From an uncultured Puniceicoccaceae bacterium (GTDB lineage: Bacteria; Verrucomicrobiota; Verrucomicrobiia; Opitutales; Oceanipulchritudinaceae), in NCBI GenBank assembly GCA_963933835.1, contig CAWVVV010000004.1, positions 96,001-160,000 of the forward strand: a stretch of 64,000 nt of DNA. Reading direction: 5' to 3'. Under the pieces are notes generated by a model. It saw only the letters and a program-made list of their open reading frames with translations, was not told the origin of the DNA and did not search any database. The position numbers were made by a program, and so were the translations under genes. Every line of letters starts with the position of its first letter. The first letter of the stretch is position 1. Below are positions 20,879 to 30,353 of the stretch, piece after piece.

Positions 20879-20922
20879 GGCCGCCCCGAAGAGACTCTTT
20901 GTGCTCACGGGGCGGCCTTTTT
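20879..20922 (+). terminator. Hairpin plus T run between gap and pgk (terminator/attenuating stem)
   Basis: GGCCGCCCCG...CGGGGCGGCC-TTTTT. Confidence 0.7.
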
Positions 20923-20961
20923 CATTTTTAATCCTTTGTATTAACAAAGTAAGGACAACCC

Positions 20962-22155
20962 ATGGCTACCAAGACTATTGAAGACATTGAAATTAAAGGG
21001 AAGCGCGTGCTCGTTCGCGTCGACTTTAATGTCCCTCTCGATGATACGATGATCACCGATGATTCCCGTATCGTCGCTGCGCTCCCGACTATTCGCTATC
21101 TGTCCGAAAACGGTGCCAAGGTCATCCTTTGCTCCCACCTCGGCCGACCTAAAGGCGAGAAGAACCCGAAGTTTTCTCTTTCTCCGATCGCTGCTGACTT
21201 GAGCGAGAAGCTCAGTCAGGCAATTACATTTGTTCCAGATTGCGTCGGCCCAGTTGTTAAGTCTGCCGTTGATGCGATGAGTGAAGGCGATATTATTTTG
21301 CTCGAGAACGTCCGCTATTATCCAGGTGAGGAGAAGAACGATCCCGAATTCGCAAAGCAACTCGCTGCCAACGCAGACGTCTTTGTGAATGAAGCCTTTG
21401 GAACCGCGCACCGCGCACATGCTTCAACTGCAGGAGTTACAAAATTCCTCAGTCCGTCGGTTTGCGGTTACCTCATTGGTCTCGAACTTGCTTTCCTTGG
21501 TGATAAAACGGCAGCACCTGAGCGCCCGTTCGTTGTGATTTTGGGTGGAGCGAAAGTTAGCGACAAGATCACGGTGATTGATGCGCTTCTAGAAAAGGCT
21601 GACAAAATCCTCATTGGTGGAGCGATGGCCTACACCTTTGCTCTCGCGCAGGGTAAGACGGTTGGCAATAGCCTCAGTGAGCCTGATAAAGTCGACATCG
21701 CGAAATCCGCTCTAGAAAAGGCAGCGGCGAAGGGGGTCGAATTTATTCTCCCTCAGGACACCTTGGTGGCGAATGCCCTCGATTTCGGCGGTAAAACACT
21801 CGGCGAGACAAAGATCGTCGAAGGTGATATCGACGACGGATGGGAAGGCGTTGATATCGGACCGAAAACAGCGGCACTCTACGCTGACATCGTTCGCTCT
21901 GCTAAGACCGTCCTTTGGAATGGTCCGATGGGAGTCTTCGAGATTCCAGAGAGTGCGAAGGGCAGTTATGCTGTGGCAGAGGCGATTGCTGCATCCGACG
22001 CTGTCTCCATCATCGGTGGAGGCGACTCCGTTAAAGCGATCAAGATGAGCGGATATTCTGACAAAGTCAGCTTCATGAGCACAGGGGGCGGCGCCAGTCT
22101 TGAGTTTCTCGAGGGTAAGGCACTTCCAGGCGTTGTTGCACTTGACCAGAAGTAG
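20962..22155 (+). CDS. pgk: Phosphoglycerate kinase
   Basis: [40 protein letters not shown]. Confidence 0.98.
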   Translation: MATKTIEDIEIKGKRVLVRVDFNVPLDDTMITDDSRIVAALPTIRYLSENGAKVILCSHLGRPKGEKNPKFSLSPIAADLSEKLSQAITFVPDCVGPVVKSAVDAMSEGDIILLENVRYYPGEEKNDPEFAKQLAANADVFVNEAFGTAHRAHASTAGVTKFLSPSVCGYLIGLELAFLGDKTAAPERPFVVILGGAKVSDKITVIDALLEKADKILIGGAMAYTFALAQGKTVGNSLSEPDKVDIAKSALEKAAAKGVEFILPQDTLVANALDFGGKTLGETKIVEGDIDDGWEGVDIGPKTAALYADIVRSAKTVLWNGPMGVFEIPESAKGSYAVAEAIAASDAVSIIGGGDSVKAIKMSGYSDKVSFMSTGGGASLEFLEGKALPGVVALDQK

Positions 22156-22208
22156 CCCAGAACTAGCCTTCGTAATACACAGTCTGCATACGCTAAATCC
22201 AAGTTTAC

Positions 22209-22985
22209 ATGTCGAAAAACACTCGCAAATACCTGATCGCAGGTAACTGGAAATTGAATAAGACAGCCTCTGAGGCCTCCGATCTTGTTCGTGAAATCAA
22301 CTTAGCTGTCGGCCAAGAAACCGAAGTAGGGGTTTGCATCTGCCCTCCGTTCACTGCGTTAGAAACCGCAGCAAAGGAGCTAGAAGATTCAAATGTTCAA
22401 CTCGGGGCGCAAAACATGCATCCGAAGTCGGAAGGCGCCTATACAGGTGAAATCTCGCCGGTCATGCTCCGTTCGCTCTTCTGCAACTTTGTCATCTTGG
22501 GTCACAGTGAACGCCGTGAGTATTTCAATGAGAGCGACGCCTTCATTAATGAGAAGACGCTCGCAGCCTTGGAAAGCAACCTGAAGCCGATCTTGTGCGT
22601 TGGTGAGACACTCGAACAACGAGACGCCGATGAAACGACCGCTGTCGTTCAAAATCAGCTCAAAGGTGGCCTCCTCAATGTCACAGAGGAAATGGCTGAT
22701 CATCTCGTGATCGCTTACGAACCCGTTTGGGCTATCGGCACTGGTAAGACAGCCACTCCAGAGATGGCACAAGACGTCCACAAGATGATCCGTGACTGGC
22801 TCAAGAAGCGCTTCAACGCAACGGTTGCAGGCAAGATTCGCATCCTCTACGGCGGATCGATGAAGCCGAACAATGCGAGCGACTTGCTCGATCAGCCTGA
22901 CATCGATGGCGGACTTATAGGTGGCGCTTCGCTTTTTTCGAAGCCGTTTGTCGAGCTCGTTAAGATTGCATCTACCAAGCTGTAG
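22209..22985 (+). CDS. tpiA: Triosephosphate isomerase
   Basis: AGNWK, GHSERR, AYEPVWAIGTG, LYGGS. Confidence 0.98.
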   Translation: MSKNTRKYLIAGNWKLNKTASEASDLVREINLAVGQETEVGVCICPPFTALETAAKELEDSNVQLGAQNMHPKSEGAYTGEISPVMLRSLFCNFVILGHSERREYFNESDAFINEKTLAALESNLKPILCVGETLEQRDADETTAVVQNQLKGGLLNVTEEMADHLVIAYEPVWAIGTGKTATPEMAQDVHKMIRDWLKKRFNATVAGKIRILYGGSMKPNNASDLLDQPDIDGGLIGGASLFSKPFVELVKIASTKL

Positions 22986-23055
22986 TCTACAATCCAGGCT
23001 CTTTTTGCTGGGCGCTCTATTATCGACAGAGGGCCTTAGGAAGCGCACTTTTGAG

Positions 23056-23580
23056 CTACCCACTCGGTAGACTGAAACTGACGATCGTACCGCAGCCTAG
23101 GGTGGAGCAGACTTCAATCCGCCCTTCTTGGATTTTGACGAATTTGCGGACAAGTTGAAAACCACGGGCATTGTCTGTCTCTCCGTTGGGTGCAAAAGAT
23201 ACCGAGAGATCATCGGAGAAAAGCTTGCGCCTGGACTGCTCACTCATGCCGATTCCCGTATCCTGAATCGACATTCGAATGCCTGAATGCTCCCGCCTTG
23301 CTTTCAAGATAATCGTGCCGCCTGCAGGGGTAAACTTAACCGCATTACTCACGGGATTTCTGACCACCGCATCGAACATTTCGCGGTCTGCACGTACATA
23401 CAGTTCGGGCTCAATTTCGCAGCTTAGCGTGACCCCTTTGGGTTCGAGTGTAGTCTGAAGCACAGAAATCGACCGCTGGCACTCTGAGAGAATCGAAAGA
23501 AGTTCGCGATTGTATGGGATTGAATCGGTTTCAATCATTGACCGAGAGAGAAGGTTTTTGAGCGGACGGAGGGGCGCTCG
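23056..23580 (-). pseudogene. Sensor histidine kinase remnant (HATPase_c only)
   Basis: N-box NPVSNAVKFT, G1 DTGIGM; G2 box decayed (DNARGF); upstream in-frame LKNLLSRSM then stops; no H-box. Confidence 0.65.
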
Positions 23581-23778
23581 AGTGAATTTTTAAAGGAGCC
23601 AGAGACAGGCATGCAGGTGATCATAAGAAAATGGTTCTTAGACGATGAGATTAGACAGAGGACAGAAAACAGTGAACAACCTTGGATGATGAGCGGGCAT
23701 TGAGCAATTGCTTTTCGGCGCAGAAAGAAAAGATAGCACTCTCTTGACATAATACGGCTCTGGGGAATCCACTGGTTC

Positions 23779-24087
23779 ATGGCTGGAGTTGGAAAATTGA
23801 TGAAGCAGGCGGCAAAAATGCAGAAGAAAATGCAGGAGCTGCAGGATGAGCTTGCGACACAGACGCTCGAGGTCTCGAGCGGTGGTGGAGCGGTCAAAGT
23901 CGTTGTAACGCTCCAGCAAGCCGTGAACGGTTTGGAAATCGATGAAGAGTTTCTAAAGGAAGACAAAGCGATGGTTGAAGAGACTATCCTTGAAGCCTTC
24001 CGCGAGGCGCTTGAGCAATCGAAGGCCAAGAGTGAAGAAGCGATGAACGCGATTACCCAATCGGCGCAGATGCCGGGTCTTTTTTAA
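23779..24087 (+). CDS. ybaB: Nucleoid-associated protein YbaB/EbfC
   Basis: MKQAAKMQKKM, SGGGAVKV; directly upstream of recR. Confidence 0.92.
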   Translation: MAGVGKLMKQAAKMQKKMQELQDELATQTLEVSSGGGAVKVVVTLQQAVNGLEIDEEFLKEDKAMVEETILEAFREALEQSKAKSEEAMNAITQSAQMPGLF

Positions 24088-24108
24088 GAGTATCTCAAGG
24101 AGCTTTTC

Positions 24109-24702
24109 GTGACACCCACCTTCGAACACCTCCAGAACTTGCTGAAGAAGCTCCCCGGACTCGGCTACCGTTCTGCTGAGCGTCTTGCATTACACTTAGT
24201 CGTAGAAGAGCCAGCTAGTCTCCAGCAGCTCGTTGATGCGCTACAGAAGGCCGGTGAAAAATTGGGCCGCTGTAGCCGCTGCGGAAATCTCTCCGAAGAG
24301 GCGACTTGCGCGATTTGCCTCGATGAGGGACGAGAGCAGGGGACTGTTTGTATTGTAGAACGCGTCCCCGATTTACTCGCGATTGAGCGTTCGGGTGCAT
24401 TTAGAGGTCTCTACCATGTGCTCCATGGACGCTTATCACCCATTCATAATGTTGGTCCTGAAGATCTTAACCTTCAGAGCCTCGGCGAACGGTTGGACGC
24501 GGAGCCCATTACTGAGGTCATTCTCGCTCTCTCCAACGAGATCGAAGCAGAGGCGACCTGCCATTATTTACATTCCGCCCTCTTCGAGAACCGTGAACTT
24601 GATATTTCTCGTATTGGATTTGGTTTACCCAGCGGGGGAGGGATCACCTTTGCCGATGCAACGACCGTTCGTAGCGCACTGAGCGGCCGGAAGGCGTTTT
24701 AA
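24109..24702 (+). CDS. recR: Recombination mediator RecR
   Basis: LPGLGYRSAERLA HhH, C4 zinc finger, YHVLHGRLSP, Toprim. Confidence 0.95.
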   Translation: MTPTFEHLQNLLKKLPGLGYRSAERLALHLVVEEPASLQQLVDALQKAGEKLGRCSRCGNLSEEATCAICLDEGREQGTVCIVERVPDLLAIERSGAFRGLYHVLHGRLSPIHNVGPEDLNLQSLGERLDAEPITEVILALSNEIEAEATCHYLHSALFENRELDISRIGFGLPSGGGITFADATTVRSALSGRKAF

Positions 24703-24740
24703 GCCCGTTTTCAAATAACTTCATCAAGAGACCTAAGATA

Positions 24741-25328
24741 TTGGCTGACTCAGACGTAGATCCGGAGCATGAATCCTCGCTCGATCTCCAATCAGCTCCG
24801 ATGAATCCTGCCTCCTGTGACAATCAGAAGGATTGGATTACCTCAGCCGACGAGCGCCATCGGCGCGATTTAATCCGCTATGCGTACAGTCTTTGCCAGG
24901 ATTCTGCAGGGGCAGAAGACGCCGTCCAAGAAACCTTTCTCCGCCTAAACAAGGAGCGTCCAGAAAGAATCAATCATTGCCTCCGGCCGTGGCTTTTTCG
25001 TGTCTGCCGATCACGCGTTATCGATGCTCAACGTAAACAAAAACGGGTCGTTTTGATGGATCATGAAACACTTTCGCCACGGCGAGACATGAATGCCCAA
25101 GATCCTCGCCGCGAAGCAGAGATCGAAGACACGACCGCCCATGTTTGGGAAGCCTTTGCTGAATTGACGCCCCTTCAGGCAGAGGTTCTTCGACTTAAGT
25201 TTCAGTCTCAGATGAGCTACAAGGAGATCGCCGAAGTAACGGGGAAAACGGTGAATGCAGTCGGCGTTCATCTTCACGCCGCGATGATCAATCTTCGCGC
25301 CCGCCTATCACACGTCATGGATATTTAA
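24741..25328 (+). CDS. ECF sigma-70 factor
   Basis: AEDAVQETFLRL, WLFRVCRSRVID, MSYKEIAEV. Start may be ATG 24801. Confidence 0.9.
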   Translation: MADSDVDPEHESSLDLQSAPMNPASCDNQKDWITSADERHRRDLIRYAYSLCQDSAGAEDAVQETFLRLNKERPERINHCLRPWLFRVCRSRVIDAQRKQKRVVLMDHETLSPRRDMNAQDPRREAEIEDTTAHVWEAFAELTPLQAEVLRLKFQSQMSYKEIAEVTGKTVNAVGVHLHAAMINLRARLSHVMDI

Positions 25329-25332
25329 CGAC

Positions 25333-27000
25333 ATGTCTGACTCATTTAATAATCCTTCCGATGACCCAAGGCTCTCCGCTTACCTTTTTGATGAAATGGA
25401 GCCGGAAGCGCGCGCCTTGTTTGAGGAAGAACTAGCAGCGGATGACCAGCTCAACGCCGCCCTTACAAAGCTTCGCCAGGTATCGAGCATACTAGGGCGT
25501 GCCTTTGCCGAAGAATCCGTCATCAACGAGATCGAAGACGAAGCCCCTGTTCAGCCGGAGCGGGCTCCTCGCAAACTTTCTGCGCGGGCCAGAGCAGGGA
25601 GGGTTTCGAGGTTTCGGCACGAAATTCCGAGAATCAACACTTCGGTGAAAAATCGCTATGCGGCCGTCGCTGCAGCCAGCGCTGCTGCAGTCGTGTTGGC
25701 AGGTCTCATTACATTGCAGTCCGTCGTCGACTTTTCAGGCGGAGATCGTGATCAAGCGATGTATGTGCCGCTGACAACAACGAAGAAGGGCGATTACAAT
25801 GAATCGGTTCCACTCGCAGAAGAGATCGCTAAAGACATCGCGGTTGAGAGCGCTGTCTTTCAGGAGCAACTCTACTTAGTTAGCAACGAAGTCGCAACGG
25901 GCCTTGCTGATGTGATGGACAGTGATGCCGCAGGGGCGATGGAGCCACCGAGTGTGATTTCAGCCGCGCCAAAGGCGTCGAGCGCGCGCTACGCTTTCAA
26001 TAACTCCAAGCCTGAGATATCGCTCGAGTCGGCCTTTGCGGAGATGCCATCCCGTGCTGCGAATGAGGCTCCTACTAAAAAGAAGCAACCGCGTGTGCTT
26101 CTGAAGAGTGATCGCTCGATCGCCGCAGTATCTGATTATCAATCAACGATTGATTTCCAATTTTCTCGCATACCGTTGCACGTGGAAACAAATGACCTCG
26201 GTGATCTCCGCAGGCAAATGGGGAGGGCCAAGGAGGTTGAGATCTCAGAGATAACAATCACTGGTTTAGTGAATGCCTTTGACTACTCAGGGATGGGTGA
26301 GCTTGGGACGGTGAAAAACAACCCGTTTGTGATCGATCTGGAGGTTGCTCAGTCGCCATGGAATCGCGTCCACTATTTGGTCCGGCTTACGCTCGAGTCC
26401 AGAGAGGAAAGTAACTCTGAACCTGCGAGACCAGACAGGCCCAATTATCTCGCTGAGGATGTTCGGCTCGAAGTTAAGTTTAACCCAGAGCAAATCGCGG
26501 CGTATCGACTTATTGGATACGAGCCAGAGGTGGTCAGCTCTGACGAGATTTTTTCTACGCCAGGTGAAACGGTAGACTATGGGCATGAATTGACGATGCT
26601 CTACGAAGTCATTCCAGTAGGGAGTCCCGTCTCACGGCAAATGCGCGCTGCCGAGGATGGCTTCGAAATTGCGCCTTCCTCTGCCTCAGGCGGGCAGCGA
26701 GGCACGGAATTGCTTTGGGCCCATGTTGAATACGCCTTACCGGATACTGAAGAACGCCTTTCGCTAGCTCAGGCGCTGACGATGCCCTCAGAAGTTCCGT
26801 CCTGGCACGGAGCTTCTCGTGCGTTCCAATGGGCGGCTGCGGTTGCAAGCTTTGGTATGGAGATCTTGGAAGACCCCCTCCTTACTGGTGCGAATTGGGA
26901 GCTGATAGAAGCGCTTGCACGGTCTGGGGCAGGGGAGCAAACGGAGGAAAACTTCCTCGAGTTTATCAGTATGATCGAAAACGCGCGGGCACTTGAATAG
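25333..27000 (+). CDS. Putative anti-sigma membrane protein with YfbK-like (vWF_A + DUF3520-like) domains
   Basis: N-terminal LSAYLFDEM anti-sigma-like segment, one TM, LVNAFDY, EVAQSPWN, DVRLEVKFNP..AYRLIGYE, AAAVASFGM. Confidence 0.7.
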   Translation: MSDSFNNPSDDPRLSAYLFDEMEPEARALFEEELAADDQLNAALTKLRQVSSILGRAFAEESVINEIEDEAPVQPERAPRKLSARARAGRVSRFRHEIPRINTSVKNRYAAVAAASAAAVVLAGLITLQSVVDFSGGDRDQAMYVPLTTTKKGDYNESVPLAEEIAKDIAVESAVFQEQLYLVSNEVATGLADVMDSDAAGAMEPPSVISAAPKASSARYAFNNSKPEISLESAFAEMPSRAANEAPTKKKQPRVLLKSDRSIAAVSDYQSTIDFQFSRIPLHVETNDLGDLRRQMGRAKEVEISEITITGLVNAFDYSGMGELGTVKNNPFVIDLEVAQSPWNRVHYLVRLTLESREESNSEPARPDRPNYLAEDVRLEVKFNPEQIAAYRLIGYEPEVVSSDEIFSTPGETVDYGHELTMLYEVIPVGSPVSRQMRAAEDGFEIAPSSASGGQRGTELLWAHVEYALPDTEERLSLAQALTMPSEVPSWHGASRAFQWAAAVASFGMEILEDPLLTGANWELIEALARSGAGEQTEENFLEFISMIENARALE

Positions 27001-27056
27001 ACAGTCGCTTGGCTGTCCGTTGACATTTTAACCGAGCACGTTTTTCTCAACCAACG

Positions 27057-27485
27057 ATGTCCTCCTCTTTTTCTCGACTCGTCCTCCTCAGCTTGTTTGT
27101 TGCTGGTCTGAGTGCACAGATGCGCCCGAATGCGCCTATCCAAAATTTTCGGTACCCTGTTTTTGGCGACAATGGCTACCGCATTTGGGAGCTTCGAGGC
27201 GTTGAAGGCCGTTATCTATCCGATGAAGAGAGCTTGATCCTCGGGATGGATTTGAAGGTGTTTTCTGGTGATGAGTCGATGACGCTGGAAACCAGAATAC
27301 GCAGTCCAGAGGCACGCATTAATTTTCCAAACGCAACCGCAGAAGGTTCCTCAACCTTGTTTGTCACCGGGCAAAGCTACGAGATCGAGGGTTCAAACTG
27401 GAAGTGGGAGGGCAAAGCCAAATGTATGACGGTGGTTGATGGGTCCCGAGTAGTCTTCTTTGATTCGATAGATATTTTAAAATGA
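27057..27485 (+). CDS. lptC: LptC-like LPS export protein
   Basis: Signal/anchor plus beta-jellyroll-like sequence; position before lptA-lptB. Confidence 0.6.
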   Translation: MSSSFSRLVLLSLFVAGLSAQMRPNAPIQNFRYPVFGDNGYRIWELRGVEGRYLSDEESLILGMDLKVFSGDESMTLETRIRSPEARINFPNATAEGSSTLFVTGQSYEIEGSNWKWEGKAKCMTVVDGSRVVFFDSIDILK

Positions 27486-28138
27486 ATAAATGCTTCTTCT
27501 TCGTCGCCTTTATGGGCTCGCTTTGCGGCCTCATGGCGCAAAATGCGCAGCAGAATCAGCAGCGCACATCGATCGACAGCGATCTTCTCGAGATGCAAGG
27601 CACTGAAGAACGCAATTTCTTCTATTTTCGAGGAAATGTCCGCGTCCACGGCACTGATCTCGAAATTTATTGTGACGAACTCACCGTCACCTCTCAACGA
27701 AAGGCAGAGTCAGCCGATGAGACGCTTGGTGAACTAGGAGCGATCAAGAAAATTGTCGCCCTTGGGAATGTGAAGATTGACCAGGCTGGAAGACAAGCGA
27801 CGGCCGGACGCGTCGAGGTGGACCCCTCGAGTGGAACCATCCACTTTTTGGAAGACCCTGTCATTATGCAGGCAGGAAACGAAGTGCGGGCTTATGGCTT
27901 CATCTTTTATACGAATGAAAAGCGCTTTGAGACGATCAACCCGCCCGGCTTTGTCCCTGGGCAGGCTAGGGAACGCACAACGCTCTTCATCGATACAGCG
28001 GAGTCTCTGACTTCACTTGTGCCCGAAGAAGAGGTGACGGTGGGTGCAGAGGTGGATCCCGACACTTCGACAGAGCTTGGAACCGAGACGCCAGAAAGTG
28101 AAGATGTGACCGACAACACAGGAGCCATTGATGAGTGA
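27482..28138 (+). CDS. lptA: LptA/OstA-family LPS transport protein
   Basis: FRGNVRV...CDELTV...IVALGNVKIDQ. Confidence 0.8.
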   Translation: MNKCFFFVAFMGSLCGLMAQNAQQNQQRTSIDSDLLEMQGTEERNFFYFRGNVRVHGTDLEIYCDELTVTSQRKAESADETLGELGAIKKIVALGNVKIDQAGRQATAGRVEVDPSSGTIHFLEDPVIMQAGNEVRAYGFIFYTNEKRFETINPPGFVPGQARERTTLFIDTAESLTSLVPEEEVTVGAEVDPDTSTELGTETPESEDVTDNTGAIDE

Positions 28139-28874
28139 AAATGTAGCCACTCGCACGAGCCTTGAGACAAAAGGGTTAGTAAAGGTTTTTGGTCGTAAAC
28201 GCGTTGTAGACGGTGTCGACCTGCGCGTCGAAGCAGGCGAAGTCGTGGGCCTCCTTGGACCCAATGGGGCAGGCAAGACGACCTCTTTTTACATGATTGT
28301 AGGTCTAGTCGCCGCAACCAGAGGCACGGTTCACTATGGTGGGCAGAATATCACTGCACTCCCGATGTATAAGCGTTCGCGTCTCGGAATTGGCTATCTG
28401 CCTCAGGAGCCGTCCGTCTTTAGGAACCTGACCGTCTATGACAATTTGCTCGCGATTGCTGAAACGCTACAACTTTCACGCAAAGAGCGGATCGAAAAGA
28501 TCGAGCGTCACCTGAGCGAACTCGGCTTAGAGGGCCTTGAAAGCCAGAAGGCATTCACCCTTAGTGGGGGCGAAAGACGTCGACTAGAAATCGCACGTGC
28601 GCTCGTTACGGATCCCAAGTTTTTGCTCATGGACGAACCCTTCGCGGGCGTTGACCCCATAAGCGTTGCCGAGGTTCAGTCGATCATTCGCTCTCTTCGC
28701 GAGCAGGGTATTGGCATTCTAATTACAGACCACAATGTCCGGGAAACCTTGAAGGTAGTTGACCGCGCCTACCTTCTGCACTACGGAAATGTGCTCGTTG
28801 AGGGCAAGCGTGAGGTTTTGATTAATGATCCCCAGGCTCGGAAGTTCTACTTGGGCGATAGCTTTCAACTGTGA
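28128..28874 (+). CDS. lptB: LPS export ABC transporter ATP-binding protein
   Basis: GPNGAGKTT, YLPQEPSVF, LSGGERRR, DEPFAGVDP, ITDHNVRETL. Confidence 0.96.
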   Translation: MMSENVATRTSLETKGLVKVFGRKRVVDGVDLRVEAGEVVGLLGPNGAGKTTSFYMIVGLVAATRGTVHYGGQNITALPMYKRSRLGIGYLPQEPSVFRNLTVYDNLLAIAETLQLSRKERIEKIERHLSELGLEGLESQKAFTLSGGERRRLEIARALVTDPKFLLMDEPFAGVDPISVAEVQSIIRSLREQGIGILITDHNVRETLKVVDRAYLLHYGNVLVEGKREVLINDPQARKFYLGDSFQL

Positions 28875-28969
28875 CCTTTTTCGGGCTTTTAAGCACAAAG
28901 AGATAGAATTCGGACGAGATTTTTGCTTTCTCGATTGCGATAGGGCGTCTGGACGTTTTCGATCCAAGC

Positions 28970-29932
28970 ATGCCCCTCCGCGCCCAAGCAAAGACAGTCG
29001 ATAGTATCAAGGTTCAGCGCTTTTTTGATCAGGGCAAAGAGGAGTTGGAGCTTTCCCTCGTTGCTGGCGAAGAGGGTCTAGATCGGCCGATCAGCGAAAA
29101 ATCTATCAACCGGCCCGCTCTAGCCGTCACGGGGTACTTCAAATCCTTCGCTTATGGTCGCGTCCAGATTTTTGGCGCCGGGGAAAGTGTTTACCTAGAG
29201 GATCAGAATGACGCCGATGAGGAACGTGTTCTACGCTGGATAACGTCCCAAGACGTTCCTTGTATGATCGTTTCTCGGAACCTGCGCCCATCTCAAATTC
29301 TGATCGATCTAGCAAACGAAGCTAAAATCCCCCTCTTTCTAACCCCTTTGACCACACGGGATTTGACGAATGCTGCCACATTGATCCTGGAAGAAGCGTT
29401 CGCTCCGCGCATTTCTGAGCATGGCACGTTATTGGATGTGAAGGGAATCGGTGTTCTTATTCGCGGCCGGAGCGGTGTCGGTAAAAGCGAATGCGCCTTA
29501 GCGCTTGTTGAGCGAGGCCACAGCTTGGTTGCCGATGATTTGGTTCACATTCGCAAGGACAGCGAGAATGTCCTTCGTGGACGCAGTAGTGAGCTGAACC
29601 GTGGTTATATGGAGTGTCGGGGTATTGGTATCGTCCATATCGGTGAATTATTCGGGGTTCGAGCTGTGCGTGTCGAAAAGAAGATCGATCTTGTAGTAAC
29701 TTTTGAAGAGTGGAAGCACGGGATGCTTGAAGAAAGGACCGGTTTAGAAATGGATGACTATACGATTCTAGGGGCATCGATACCTCACATCGTTCTTCCC
29801 GTCCGACCGGGGAGGGACCTTGCCCGGTTAGTTGAAGTTTCTGCTCTCGTCCAAGCATTAAAATTAATCGGACATGACTCGGCAAAAGAGTTCAATGAAC
29901 GCCTTATTAAACACATGTCTAAGCCTGTCTAA
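28970..29932 (+). CDS. hprK: HPr(Ser) kinase/phosphorylase
   Basis: [34 protein letters not shown]. Confidence 0.95.
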   Translation: MPLRAQAKTVDSIKVQRFFDQGKEELELSLVAGEEGLDRPISEKSINRPALAVTGYFKSFAYGRVQIFGAGESVYLEDQNDADEERVLRWITSQDVPCMIVSRNLRPSQILIDLANEAKIPLFLTPLTTRDLTNAATLILEEAFAPRISEHGTLLDVKGIGVLIRGRSGVGKSECALALVERGHSLVADDLVHIRKDSENVLRGRSSELNRGYMECRGIGIVHIGELFGVRAVRVEKKIDLVVTFEEWKHGMLEERTGLEMDDYTILGASIPHIVLPVRPGRDLARLVEVSALVQALKLIGHDSAKEFNERLIKHMSKPV

Positions 29933-29959
29933 TCGAGACTGTTCCTGCGTCTTCGGAGC

Positions 29960-30345
29960 AATTGCTTAACATAACATTTTCCATGCCTAGCGTCACAAGT
30001 TCGTCACAATTAATTATTAAGATTACAATGTTAATAACATGTGTGAAAGTTGATCTTGAAAGTGCCATTACAGTGGGAATAACTTTCAGCGCTACTCAGG
30101 CAATCTTCACAGAGCGCCTAAGTTTAAATTCACTTTGCTAGTTCTCCTCTTTAATTGTAAATTATAACCACGGCATAAGTTGCTCTTATAAAGGCACTTA
30201 AAGCCTGCTCCGCTCCTTTAAAAATGTCTTTGCTTACCTCTGCTTTTCGTCTCTCCCTCTGCGCTCCTGCCTTTGTTGACCTCGGATACTGTGTCTCTTG
30301 CACATATTCAGCCTGAATCGCGATTGTGAATAATCTTATCCAATC
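29960..30345. promoter_or_regulatory. AT-rich dnaA upstream region with DnaA box(es)
   Basis: TGTGAATAA 30325-30333 (= TTATTCACA, fits TTWTNCACA); near matches at 30074-30082 and 30336-30344; AT-rich tract around 30008-30040. Confidence 0.6.
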
Positions 30346-30353
30346 TCGATAAC

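Noticed and set aside
23535..24029. 164-aa minus-strand ORF and other long antisense ORFs (e.g. 22389-23063, 3629-4156)
   Set aside because: Shadows of well-supported genes on the opposite strand, with no motifs.
29933..30353. Calling the dnaA upstream region oriC
   Set aside because: Only one consensus DnaA box, no dnaN, no change in KOPS-like polarity, and a dif-like site nearby. Kept as a regulatory region only.
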